Origin: Acidimicrobiia bacterium
Lineage (GTDB): Bacteria > Actinomycetota > Acidimicrobiia > Spongiisociales > UBA11373
Direction: 5' to 3'
Assembly (NCBI GenBank): GCA_035286665.1
Contig: DATECY010000087.1
Location: 1-60,438, forward strand
Length of the DNA stretch: 60,438 bases
Shown: piece by piece, positions 28,226 to 37,421 of the stretch
Layout of the letters: the number at the start of each line of letters is the position of its first letter
Position numbering within the stretch: the first letter of the stretch is position 1
Notes under the pieces: generated by a model
The model's database searches: none
The model's input: the letters and a program-made list of their open reading frames with translations, nothing else
What the model was told of the DNA's origin: nothing
Made by a program: the position numbers and the translations under genes

Positions 28226-29260
28226 ATGCGCTCGACAGCCGCCCGGCTCGCGCTCGTTGCCGGGATCGCCTTCGTCCTGACCTCGTCGGGTGCGGCAGCT
28301 GCCGTCGCTGCGGTCGAAGGTGATTGCACCGTGACCCTCAACGGCGTCGACATCGATCGGATCGACTCGCTTTCCAGCCCTCTCGAGTTGTCCGCCACCG
28401 ACACGCTGGTGTTCGCCGGCACCGCGGCCGAGCCCACCGACAGCGCAACGGTCCACCTGATCATCGGACCGGTTCAGGTGGACAGCGGGTCGACGACCTA
28501 TCGGCCCGGATCGTTGGAGTTCTCGGCCACGATCGATCTCGACGAGGTCAGCCCGTACGGTGTGGGCCTGTTCGCGGTGCGTGGAACGACCGACGGATGC
28601 GTCGCCCAAGGGTGGCTGCGCATATCTGGGCGCTCCCCGTTCGCCACCCTCACCGGCCTCACCGCAGCGGGACTCACCCTGGGCGGCTTGACCGGCCTCC
28701 TGGGCGCCGTGGCGTCCCGGCGCCGCTGGTCGCGCTTCGCCGCTGCGGGCGGGGGCGTGTTCACCGGGGTGGGAGCCGCCGTCCTCGGACAGGAGTTCGG
28801 GCGGCTGCAACTGTCGTACCCGACCCTGACACTCTCGGCGATCGGCGCGGCCGGGGTCGGCTTCGTGCTCGGCGGACTCCTCAGCCCCGACCGTTCGCGC
28901 CGCGACGGCGCCACAGGTCGACCGCACGATGCCGAGGAGGACCGTCATGCGGTCGACGAGCAACGGCCTGCCCGCGCCGCCGCCGCCCGCGCCACGGCCG
29001 CGACGACATCGCCGTGGGTGAGGTCGGAGCCGGTGCCGTCGCCTCCCCCGCCCGAAGCGCCGGTGACCGGCCCCTACTGGTGTTACGTGCTCGCCGAGGT
29101 GGAGGTCTTCGATCTCATCGACCACACGAGGACCGTCGCCCGACTCCGCCCCGGCTCCTGGTACCTGTGCAAGCGAGAGGTCGGCGCGTGGGCACACGTG
29201 TCGACCGGAGACGGGCACGAGGGATGGGTCGGCGCGGGCTCGCTGCACCGCCAGGGGTGA
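28226..29260 (+). CDS. hypothetical membrane protein: signal peptide, extracytoplasmic domain, 2-3 TM helices, disordered linker, C-terminal SH3-like domain
   Basis: MRSTAARLALVAGIAFVLTSSGAAAAVAA leader; Gly/Leu-rich TM helices; C-terminus YWCYVLAEVEVFDL...GSWYLCKREVGAWAHVSTGDGHEGWVGAGSL resembles bacterial SH3. Confidence 0.7.
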   Translation: MRSTAARLALVAGIAFVLTSSGAAAAVAAVEGDCTVTLNGVDIDRIDSLSSPLELSATDTLVFAGTAAEPTDSATVHLIIGPVQVDSGSTTYRPGSLEFSATIDLDEVSPYGVGLFAVRGTTDGCVAQGWLRISGRSPFATLTGLTAAGLTLGGLTGLLGAVASRRRWSRFAAAGGGVFTGVGAAVLGQEFGRLQLSYPTLTLSAIGAAGVGFVLGGLLSPDRSRRDGATGRPHDAEEDRHAVDEQRPARAAAARATAATTSPWVRSEPVPSPPPPEAPVTGPYWCYVLAEVEVFDLIDHTRTVARLRPGSWYLCKREVGAWAHVSTGDGHEGWVGAGSLHRQG

Positions 29261-29329
29261 TTGCATGCTCGTCCGAGCGGCCGCTGCGCTCACCTCAAGG
29301 GACTCCAGGGACCTTCCGACACATTCCTC

Positions 29330-30688
29330 ATGGAGTCGAGGTGGGAATCGAGGTTCCGCGCTCGCGCGGTGACACTCGCCATGGCGGGGGCTCTCCTGGG
29401 CGCGTGCGCCGCCGAGCCGGGCATGGCACCGGAGGAGGCCGGGACGACCGGGATCGTCACCACCACGACGACCACCGCCGCCCCTGCGCCGGTGACGGCG
29501 TTCCTCCCCGACGTCACCGCCCGCCCGATCACCCTTGCCGACGTCGAGGCGATGCTCCCCACCGGCAGCGGCGGAATGGCAGAGTCGGCGAGCGCGGTCA
29601 CCGAACCGATGTCGAACGCCGATCTCCTCACCCGCTCAACCCTCGACCCCGATGACGAGGCATCCGACCTCGTCCGATTCGGACGTCTGCTCGGAGCGGC
29701 CGGGACGTATCCCCAGACCGACGCCACCGCATATGTGTGGATCGACGTCCTTTCGGACGCCGACGCCGCCCACGGATACCTGCTCGACTTCGCCGGTGAT
29801 GCGTTCAAGGGAAGGGGCGGAACCCATGCACCCGAGATCGGAGCCGTTCGCGTCGCCGAATTTCCCATCGCCGTCGGCGAGGAGGCCATCGGACTCGACC
29901 TGAGTGGTGAGGGCACCGCCCACGAGACCGCCGTGGTGTTCCGCCTCGGCCGGATCGTCGTATGGGCCTCGTACGCCCGCGCCGATGAGGCGGACACACG
30001 GGTTGCACTCCAGTACCTCGCGGACGAGCTCGGCGATCGAGTGATCTCGACCCTCATCACCGGCGTGCCCGATCCGCCGCGGCCCGACGCGCCCGACCAC
30101 CGGTTCGAGACCACCATCTCGGTCGACGCCGGCGGGAGGCGATACCGCGTCGAGGCGACCGGATCGGTTTCGGGGAATGACTTGTCCTGCTCCCTCCACC
30201 TGCTGACGCCGGCCGGGGAGAAGAGACTCGAACTCATCTCGGTGGACCTCGTGCTCTGGGCACGGCCCAACGCCGCCGACGAATCCCATCTCGTCGGCGG
30301 CAATCTCGCCGAGCGGTCGCTCCTCACGCTCTGCCCGCCGTGGCCGCTCGACGCTCGCGACGCCGGACTCACAACGGCGGTCGTCGAGGCACCGGCCTCG
30401 CACCCGGTGGACGGAATCGACGCGTTCGGCTACCGGTCGGATCTCCCCGGCTTGGAGGCCGCACTGGGGGCGGTGCTCGACGGCGCCACCGTCGACGCCT
30501 TCAGCTACTGGCTCGCCGACGGCGTCCCGTGGCTACTCGAGCTGACCGTCATCGCTCGCGGCGACGCCGCGTCGCTCGAGCCACTGACCGGACCCGGATT
30601 CGAGACGCTCGGTGACGTGACGGTCACCATTCGCCACCGGGTCACCGACCTCGGCGAGCGGATCGACCCGATCGTTCCGCCCGGCTAG
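29330..30688 (+). CDS. hypothetical lipoprotein
   Basis: MESRWESRFRARAVTLAMAGALLGAC lipobox followed by a Thr-rich linker. No recognisable catalytic motif. Confidence 0.7.
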   Translation: MESRWESRFRARAVTLAMAGALLGACAAEPGMAPEEAGTTGIVTTTTTTAAPAPVTAFLPDVTARPITLADVEAMLPTGSGGMAESASAVTEPMSNADLLTRSTLDPDDEASDLVRFGRLLGAAGTYPQTDATAYVWIDVLSDADAAHGYLLDFAGDAFKGRGGTHAPEIGAVRVAEFPIAVGEEAIGLDLSGEGTAHETAVVFRLGRIVVWASYARADEADTRVALQYLADELGDRVISTLITGVPDPPRPDAPDHRFETTISVDAGGRRYRVEATGSVSGNDLSCSLHLLTPAGEKRLELISVDLVLWARPNAADESHLVGGNLAERSLLTLCPPWPLDARDAGLTTAVVEAPASHPVDGIDAFGYRSDLPGLEAALGAVLDGATVDAFSYWLADGVPWLLELTVIARGDAASLEPLTGPGFETLGDVTVTIRHRVTDLGERIDPIVPPG

Positions 30689-32544
30689 TCGGCACGCTCC
30701 AGTGCCTGATACAGCGTCGTGCGACGCATCGGCACTCGACCGGCGGCTCTGATCGCAGCCTCCAACTCCTCGGGCGTGGAGCCCTGTCCGTGGGACGCCC
30801 CTGCAGCACGCGAGATGTTCTCGTTCATGAGCGTCCCGCCCAGGTCGTTGCACCCGGCGCGCAGCAGGGCCGCCACGCCCCCCAGCCCCAGCTTCACCCA
30901 TGAGGCCTGGATGTTGGGGATGAGGCCGTCGAATGCGATGCGGGCCACGGCATGGACGAGCACGACCTCGTCCCAGGTGGGACCGGGCCGCGCCTTGCCC
31001 CTCAGGTAGATGGGTGCGCCCATGTGCACGAACGGCAGTGGCACGAACTCGGTGAAACCTCCGGTTCGGCGTTGGATGGCGCGCAGCACCTCGTAGTGAT
31101 TGGCCCACGCGGCCGGCGAATCGATGTGCCCGAACATCATCGTGGAGGTCGATCGCAGACCCATTTCGTGGGCGATCACCATCACCCGGGACCACTGGGA
31201 CGTGGTGATCTTGTCGGGGCAGAGATGCCGGCGCACCGCGTCGTCGAGGACCTCCGCAGCCGTCCCCGGGAGCGTCCCCAGGCCTGCCGCCTTGAGCCTG
31301 GCGAGGAAGTCCGACACGCTCGATCCGAGCGTCTCGGCACCCTGCCAGACCTCCAGCGGTGTGAACCCGTGAACGTGGATGTTCGGTACCGCCTCCTTGA
31401 TCGCCTCCAGCACGGACACGTAGAAATCGCCGGTGAAATCGGGATGGATTCCTCCCTGGAGGCACACCTCTGTCGCCCCCAACTCCCAAGCCTCCTTGGT
31501 GCGGAAGACCACCTCGTGGACCTCCAGCAGGTAGGGGTCGCCACGGAGGCTGAGACTGCGCGGGCCCTTGGAGAAGGCACAGAAGCCGCAACGGAAGTAG
31601 CACTGGTTGGTGTAGTTGATGTTGCGGTTGACGACATAGGTGACCGTGTCGCCGTTGGCTCGGCGACGCAGATCGTCGGCAACGGACGCGATGGCGTCGA
31701 CCTCATCCCCCCGAGAAAGGAACAGCCGTTCGATCTCGTCGTGAGTCGGCGGGGCACCGGCGAGGGAACGTTCGAGGATGCCGCGCAGAGCGGGATCGAG
31801 GTGGCCGAGACCCTCGGGGGCAGGCCGTGACGACCACCAGGCATCGGCCCAATCGGCCGAGAGGCGCCTCTGCGGCACCGGCGCCCGTTCGTCCTTCCCC
31901 GGTGCCCACGAGTACCGCGGCCGGGCGACGCCCGAACCGTCGACCAGCCCGAGCCACGCGGTGAAGACGTCCGCCGGCAACTCGTCTCTCGCCGCGTCGA
32001 CCGAGAGCCCCACCGGCAGGGCCGTCCGCTCGACGAGCTCGGCTTGGATCGTGTCGCGGAGTTGGCCGATGCTCTCGGTATCCCAGTCCCTCAGGATCAG
32101 ATCGCCGGCACCGGCGCCCACCGCCGTCACGGCATCGTCGACCGAATCGACGAACACGGACACGACGGTGTCGAGTCCCGGCATGGAGGCCAGGTCGGCC
32201 ATCGCCGCCACCCGGCTCCGCCCGGTACGCACGTAGGCCGCCCCGGTACGGGCGATCGCATCGAGCACCGACTCCTCGTGCCCGGTGTCGACCACCGTGA
32301 GCCTCCATCCGGGGATGCCGCGGCGTCCGAGGGCGAGCGCAGTCTCGGGGTCGACCACCCAGGCTGCCGGGTCGGCCTCGCCGACGCCGGCCCCGACCGG
32401 CAGCACGCCTCCGGCGAGCGAACCGGCGACGTCGTCGGCGGTCACGCCCTCGAGCTCGAGGGCCGTCGTGCCCTCGCGACGCCGGGTCGCCGCCCACACC
32501 CCGGTGACCGCGGCCGTGGGTCGAAGCCTGAGGAACGTGATCAT
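30685..32544 (-). CDS. cofH: FO synthase subunit CofH (radical SAM, F420 chromophore biosynthesis) with a ~250-aa unassigned N-terminal region
   Basis: VTYVVNRNINYTNQCYFRCGFCAFS radical-SAM cluster motif, then GATEVCLQGGIHPD. ATG 32544 forms an ATGA overlap with the cofG stop. The 725-aa track ORF is over-extended. Confidence 0.88.
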   Translation of the reverse strand: MITFLRLRPTAAVTGVWAATRRREGTTALELEGVTADDVAGSLAGGVLPVGAGVGEADPAAWVVDPETALALGRRGIPGWRLTVVDTGHEESVLDAIARTGAAYVRTGRSRVAAMADLASMPGLDTVVSVFVDSVDDAVTAVGAGAGDLILRDWDTESIGQLRDTIQAELVERTALPVGLSVDAARDELPADVFTAWLGLVDGSGVARPRYSWAPGKDERAPVPQRRLSADWADAWWSSRPAPEGLGHLDPALRGILERSLAGAPPTHDEIERLFLSRGDEVDAIASVADDLRRRANGDTVTYVVNRNINYTNQCYFRCGFCAFSKGPRSLSLRGDPYLLEVHEVVFRTKEAWELGATEVCLQGGIHPDFTGDFYVSVLEAIKEAVPNIHVHGFTPLEVWQGAETLGSSVSDFLARLKAAGLGTLPGTAAEVLDDAVRRHLCPDKITTSQWSRVMVIAHEMGLRSTSTMMFGHIDSPAAWANHYEVLRAIQRRTGGFTEFVPLPFVHMGAPIYLRGKARPGPTWDEVVLVHAVARIAFDGLIPNIQASWVKLGLGGVAALLRAGCNDLGGTLMNENISRAAGASHGQGSTPEELEAAIRAAGRVPMRRTTLYQALERAD

Positions 32545-33686
32545 GCGGCCTCCCTCTGGGGTGCGAGCGCGTACCCCTCGTCGTCGACGGCCTCGCTCAC
32601 CTTCGTGAGCAGCCTCGGGTCGATCCATCTCTCGTCGATGAACTCCGGGTATACCGGGAGCCTGGGCATCAAGCGAAAACCGGCGGCCTCGGTGCGAGCG
32701 CGAAGTTCGTCGAGGTGCGGCCACGGGGCCTCGGGGTTCACCCAGTCGATGGTCAACGGCGACACCCCTCCCCAGTCGTTGATGCCGGCGTCGAGGTACA
32801 CCTCGAAGCGGTCCGTGAGGTTGGGCGGCACCTGGAGGTTGGCCGTTGGGCCGAGGACCCAACGCGCCGCGGCGACGACGCGGGCGAAGTACTGCACGGT
32901 CGGCTCGGCGTCGCGTCGCTTCGGGGTGTCGGCCTTCGCCCGGAAGTTCTGGACGATCACCTCCTGGACCGCCCCCGTCTCGTCCGAGAGACCACGGAGT
33001 GCGAACAGGCTTTCGACCACCTCGTCGACGGTCTCACCGATCCCCACGAGGATTCCGGTGGTGAAGGGGACCTTGACACGGCCGGCCGCCCTGATCACCT
33101 CGAGACGCCGCGCAGGATCCTTGTCCGGGCACCCGTGATGGGGCATCCCCGGCTCCATGAGACGGGGAGACACGTTCTCGAGCATGAGCCCCATCGACGG
33201 GTTGGAGGGGCGAAGAGCGATCAGGTCGGCATCGCTCATCAGACCCGGATTGGCATGCGGGAAGAGGCCGGTCGCAGCCACCACGGCCTCCGTGTTCATC
33301 CGCACGTAGTCGATCGTCGTGGCACACCCGTGAGTGGTGAGGAACTCACTTGCCTGGGGCCATCGCGCTTCAGGGCGATCACCGAGCGTGAAGAGCGCCT
33401 CGGTGCACCGATGAGCGTCACCGGCAGCGGCGATCTCCATCACCTCGGCCGGCGTCAGGTACTCGCCTCCGGCGCCGGGCGGCTTGGCGAACGTGCAGTA
33501 GGTACAGGTGTCACGGCACAGCGTCGTGAGCGGGACGAACACCTTGCGCGAGTAGGTGACCGTCCGTCCCTTGCCGGCGTCGCGCAACCGCGCCGCCTCG
33601 GTGAAGAGGCCGTCGACGTCTCCCCTGCCCCGAAGCAGGTCTGACGCCAGGGCGCGGTCGGGTGCCGGGAACGGCATAGCGGGCAA
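32541..33686 (-). CDS. cofG: FO synthase subunit CofG (7,8-didemethyl-8-hydroxy-5-deazariboflavin synthase, radical SAM)
   Basis: VTYSRKVFVPLTTLCRDTCTYCTF CxxxCxxC motif, 381 aa. Confidence 0.88.
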   Translation of the reverse strand: MPAMPFPAPDRALASDLLRGRGDVDGLFTEAARLRDAGKGRTVTYSRKVFVPLTTLCRDTCTYCTFAKPPGAGGEYLTPAEVMEIAAAGDAHRCTEALFTLGDRPEARWPQASEFLTTHGCATTIDYVRMNTEAVVAATGLFPHANPGLMSDADLIALRPSNPSMGLMLENVSPRLMEPGMPHHGCPDKDPARRLEVIRAAGRVKVPFTTGILVGIGETVDEVVESLFALRGLSDETGAVQEVIVQNFRAKADTPKRRDAEPTVQYFARVVAAARWVLGPTANLQVPPNLTDRFEVYLDAGINDWGGVSPLTIDWVNPEAPWPHLDELRARTEAAGFRLMPRLPVYPEFIDERWIDPRLLTKVSEAVDDEGYALAPQREAA

Positions 33687-33721
33687 CGCTAGTCACGGTC
33701 CCGACACTGACTCGTTGCCGC

Positions 33722-35170
33722 TCAGCCGTTCTCGGTGTCGATGGTCTCCAGTTCCGTCGTGCGGCCGGCACGCACCTGGGGAATCTCGCCTCCGACCATG
33801 TACGAGCTCCATGTCGTCTCGTCGACATTCCAGGCCAGGTCGTAGTCACCGATCGGGACGTCGGAGAACGCGAATCTGCCCTCGGCATCGGTGGTCACGA
33901 CGCTCTCGAACGGATACCCGCTGCATGGCGTCGCACCGCTGTAGATGATGCTTGGCTGATCGCTGCACAGCACCACGTCGATGCCGGCGAGCGGAGCACC
34001 ACCGGTCGTGATGGTCCCGGTGAGCGACCCGGTCACGGGCGCCGTCGCCTCCGGGATCTCCGCAGGGCCGCCGCCGTGGATCGCCAGCGCCTCGACGCAG
34101 TTCCCCGCCACACCGCTCGTCGCCATCGTGTAGTTCGCCCACACGCCACCATCGACCACACTGAACCCCCAGGACGTCCCCACCCACATCCGGCCGCGCA
34201 GGTCGACCTCGACCGCCCTCACCCGGTCGGTGGGCAGCCCATCACCGGACTGCCTCGTCACCCGCCAGGCTCCCCCGTCGTAGGTGGCGAAACCGTCGGC
34301 CCACGAAGCCAGGAACACCCGACCGTCCTCGGCCACACTGATCCGCTTTGGTTGATCCACCCCTGGGTCCATCGGCGACCAGCCATCACCGTCGAACACC
34401 AACACCCCATCGGTGGTGGACACCCAGATCCGTCCGTCGGGGCCGGCGACGATCGACTCCAGGTAGTAGGGGTACTGCGACTCGGGAAAACCGTGACCGG
34501 CCCCCCACCACGTCCACGCATCCCCGTCCATCGTCGCCACGGTCGACGTGGTCGCCACCCACGGATGCCCGGCCCCGTCGACGGTCACGTCCTGGACGAG
34601 ATCGACGTAGTCGCCCTCGCCGAATCCAGTCGAGGGATACGTCGTCCATGTGGCGCCGTCGTACCGGACCGCCTTCTGATAGGCGACACCCCACAGGTCG
34701 CCGGACGCCGGGTCGATGGCGAGGGCATCGAGCCCCTCGTCGAGCACTTCGGTCACGACGCCTTCGGCCACCTGTTCGACCCCGATCGATGTGGCGAGCC
34801 ATGCCGTCTCGTCTGCGCCCACCACGACGTCCATCACCTGATCCGTGTCGAGGGTCCCGTATTCCTCCCTGAACCGATACCAGGTGCGGTCGGGGGCGAA
34901 CGCGCTCGCCCCGCACCCGAAGCCGCCGAACCAGGCCACGTGTTCCCCGCTAGGGCCGATCGCCGCCGTCATCGTCGTGGTCGTCTTCACCGACCCCGCC
35001 GTCGTCGAGGTCGAACCGGAGGCCGTTGTGGTGATGATCGCCCCGTCCGTCGTGACCGCCGAGGTCGTGCCTCCCCCTCCTCCCGAGGTCCCGGCGTCGC
35101 AGCTCGCCACCACAATGGCCACCACGACGAGAACCAGGCGGGTGCCACCACGTCGCGCCGATGCGCGCAT
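33722..35170 (-). CDS. lipoprotein with beta-propeller repeats (two-component-regulator-propeller-like) and a C-terminal carboxypeptidase-regulatory-like domain
   Basis: MRASARRGGTRLVLVVVAIVVASC lipobox. About six repeats of the type WVATTSTVATMDGDAWTWW / IWVSTTDGVLVFDGDGWSPM. C-terminus GRFAFSDVPIGDYDL. The 665-aa track ORF is over-extended. Confidence 0.75.
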   Translation of the reverse strand: MRASARRGGTRLVLVVVAIVVASCDAGTSGGGGGTTSAVTTDGAIITTTASGSTSTTAGSVKTTTTMTAAIGPSGEHVAWFGGFGCGASAFAPDRTWYRFREEYGTLDTDQVMDVVVGADETAWLATSIGVEQVAEGVVTEVLDEGLDALAIDPASGDLWGVAYQKAVRYDGATWTTYPSTGFGEGDYVDLVQDVTVDGAGHPWVATTSTVATMDGDAWTWWGAGHGFPESQYPYYLESIVAGPDGRIWVSTTDGVLVFDGDGWSPMDPGVDQPKRISVAEDGRVFLASWADGFATYDGGAWRVTRQSGDGLPTDRVRAVEVDLRGRMWVGTSWGFSVVDGGVWANYTMATSGVAGNCVEALAIHGGGPAEIPEATAPVTGSLTGTITTGGAPLAGIDVVLCSDQPSIIYSGATPCSGYPFESVVTTDAEGRFAFSDVPIGDYDLAWNVDETTWSSYMVGGEIPQVRAGRTTELETIDTENG

Positions 35171-35296
35171 GGAAATCCTTTCGGTCTGCTGAGAGCGCGG
35201 TAGCCCGAAGGTCGGTGCGCTGACAGGGGCGAAGTGCCCAACCGAGCTGCTCGCCGACACCAGGTACCCTGGGCTCATCACGCAGGAAAGGACCGC

Positions 35297-36316
35297 ATGA
35301 CTGCGCCGACCCGAATCGGCCTCATGGGCTTCGGCCGCATCGGTCGCAACGTGTTCCGACAGGTACGGGACCGCAGCGACCTGGAAGTGGCGGCCATCGT
35401 CGACGTCGCCGACCCCAGCGCCCTCGCCTACCTCCTCGAATACGACACTATCTTCGGCCGCTACCCGGGCCATGTCTCCTACGAGGACGGCTCCCTGGTG
35501 GTCGGTGACCGTCGCATCCCCATGAGCTCCGAACCGAACCCCGGTGACGTCGACTGGGCCGCGCTCGGCGTCGACGTCGTCGTGCAGGCGACCCGCAAGC
35601 ACCGCACTGCCGCCGACTGCCGCCGGCATCTCGACGCCGGTGCGAAGCGAGTCGTGCTGGCTTCCACACCGGAGGATCCTGCGGACATGGACACGGTGAT
35701 CATGGGGGCCAACGACCACCTGCTCGGCTCGGAGGATCGGATGGTGGCGCTGGGATCGAACACATCAAACGCGCTCGGCCCGATCCTCACCGCCCTCGAC
35801 GGCGGCTTCGGTCTCGTCAGGGCGATGTTCACGGTCGTCCATGCCTTCACCAATGAGCAACGCCTGGCGGACGTCCCCGGCGACGACCTCCGCACCAGCC
35901 GCGCCGCCGCCGAGAACATCATCCCGTCGGTGACCACGTCTGCAGCGATCATCGAGTCTGCATTGCCCCAATTCGCGGGAAAGTTGAGCGGCATCGCCCT
36001 CAACGTGCCGGTCTCCGACGGCTCGAACGTCGACATGGTCGCCACACTCGCCACGCCGGTGGACAAGGCGGCGGTGAACGCCCACATCGCCGCGGTCGCC
36101 AGGGGTTCCCGGGTGATCGAGTACACCGACGACCCGATCGTCTCCAGCGACGTCATAGGCAACACCCACTCCGCCGTGTGGGACGGGTTGGCGACCATGG
36201 TCGTCGGCGGGACGCTCCTGAAATGCGTGACCTGGTTCGACAACGGATGGGGTTACGCCGCCCGGGTGGTCGACGCAATAGAGAAACTCGCATCGTTCGA
36301 GGAGGTGACCGCATGA
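35297..36316 (+). CDS. GAPDH-like paralog lacking the catalytic cysteine (SNTSN in place of SCTTN)
   Basis: IGLMGFGRIGRNVF NAD motif, VHAFT, AENIIPS and WFDNGWGY align without gaps to GAPDH. The codon aligned to the active-site Cys is AAC (Asn) at 35759-35761. AGGAAAGGA SD. ATGA overlap with gap. Confidence 0.85.
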   Translation: MTAPTRIGLMGFGRIGRNVFRQVRDRSDLEVAAIVDVADPSALAYLLEYDTIFGRYPGHVSYEDGSLVVGDRRIPMSSEPNPGDVDWAALGVDVVVQATRKHRTAADCRRHLDAGAKRVVLASTPEDPADMDTVIMGANDHLLGSEDRMVALGSNTSNALGPILTALDGGFGLVRAMFTVVHAFTNEQRLADVPGDDLRTSRAAAENIIPSVTTSAAIIESALPQFAGKLSGIALNVPVSDGSNVDMVATLATPVDKAAVNAHIAAVARGSRVIEYTDDPIVSSDVIGNTHSAVWDGLATMVVGGTLLKCVTWFDNGWGYAARVVDAIEKLASFEEVTA

Positions 36317-37317
36317 AGGTCGCCATCAATGGATTCGGCCGGATCGGCCGGTCGGTCTTCAGGGTGATCAACCAACGGCCCGACTCGGACATCGAGATCG
36401 TCGCCATCAACGACCTCGCATCCGACGAGATGGCCGCCTACCTGCTCAAGTACGACACCGTCATGGGCGAGTTCCCGGGGCCGGTCACCGTCGAGGACGG
36501 CCACCTCGTGGCCGGTCGTCACCGGCCGTACCTGCTCACCATCAAGGACCCCTTGGAGCTGCCGTGGAAGGAGCTGCAGGTCGACGTGGTCATCGAGTCG
36601 ACCGGCGTGTTCCGCGACCGGGCGAAGGTCGGCAAGCATCTGGAGGCCGGAGCGAAGCGGGTGATCCTCACCGTCCCGTCGAAGGATCCGCTCGACGCCA
36701 CCATCGTCCTCGGGGTCAACGACGACGATCTGGGGCCCGAGGTGCATCTGTTGTCCAACGCCTCGTGCACGACCAACTGCCTCGCACCCATCGCCAAGAT
36801 CCTCGACGACTCCTTCGGAATCGCCCGCGGACTGATGACGACCGTGCATGCCTACACCAACGACCAGCGGCTCGCCGACGTCCCTCACAAGGACTTTCGG
36901 CGAAGCAGGGCGGCAACCGAGAACATCATCCCCACCTCCACCGGAGCCGCCAAGGCCGTCGGTGAAGTCCTTCCCCAGCTCAAGGGGAAGCTCGACGGGA
37001 TGGCAATGCGGGTTCCGGTACCAGACGGCTCGACGGTCGACCTCGTCGTGGAACTGCTGCGCGACGTGACCGTCGAAGAGGTCAACGCTGCGGTCAAGGC
37101 GGCTGCCGACGGTCCCATGGCAGGGATCGTCGAGTACTCCGAGGCGCCACTGGTGTCGAGCGACATCATCGGCAACTCGCACTCGAGCGTGTTCGACGCC
37201 CCCTCGACCCGGGTGCTGGACGGACGCACCGTCAAAGTGCTCGCCTGGTACGACAACGAATGGGGATACTCGAACCGGGTCGTGGACCTGATCGAGCGTC
37301 TCGAGGGCATGGAGTGA
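36313..37317 (+). CDS. gap: type I glyceraldehyde-3-phosphate dehydrogenase
   Basis: MKVAINGFGRIGRSVF, SNASCTTNCLAP, VHAYTNDQ and WYDNEWGYS are all canonical. Confidence 0.95.
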   Translation: MKVAINGFGRIGRSVFRVINQRPDSDIEIVAINDLASDEMAAYLLKYDTVMGEFPGPVTVEDGHLVAGRHRPYLLTIKDPLELPWKELQVDVVIESTGVFRDRAKVGKHLEAGAKRVILTVPSKDPLDATIVLGVNDDDLGPEVHLLSNASCTTNCLAPIAKILDDSFGIARGLMTTVHAYTNDQRLADVPHKDFRRSRAATENIIPTSTGAAKAVGEVLPQLKGKLDGMAMRVPVPDGSTVDLVVELLRDVTVEEVNAAVKAAADGPMAGIVEYSEAPLVSSDIIGNSHSSVFDAPSTRVLDGRTVKVLAWYDNEWGYSNRVVDLIERLEGME

Positions 37318-37359
37318 CTGCCCCGATCGGCACTCTCCGACGGGAATCGACCGGGGCAG
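37318..37359. terminator. hairpin (CTGCCCCGATCG / CGACCGGGGCAG, 11 of 12 bp, 18-nt loop) between convergent gap and the chaperone-like gene
   Basis: Inverted repeat read directly, starting right after the gap TGA. Confidence 0.35.
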
Positions 37360-37421
37360 GTGTCACAGGAACGATCCTCGTCGGGCCGTGAACCGGTCCG
37401 AATGGTGCAGAGACCGACCCT

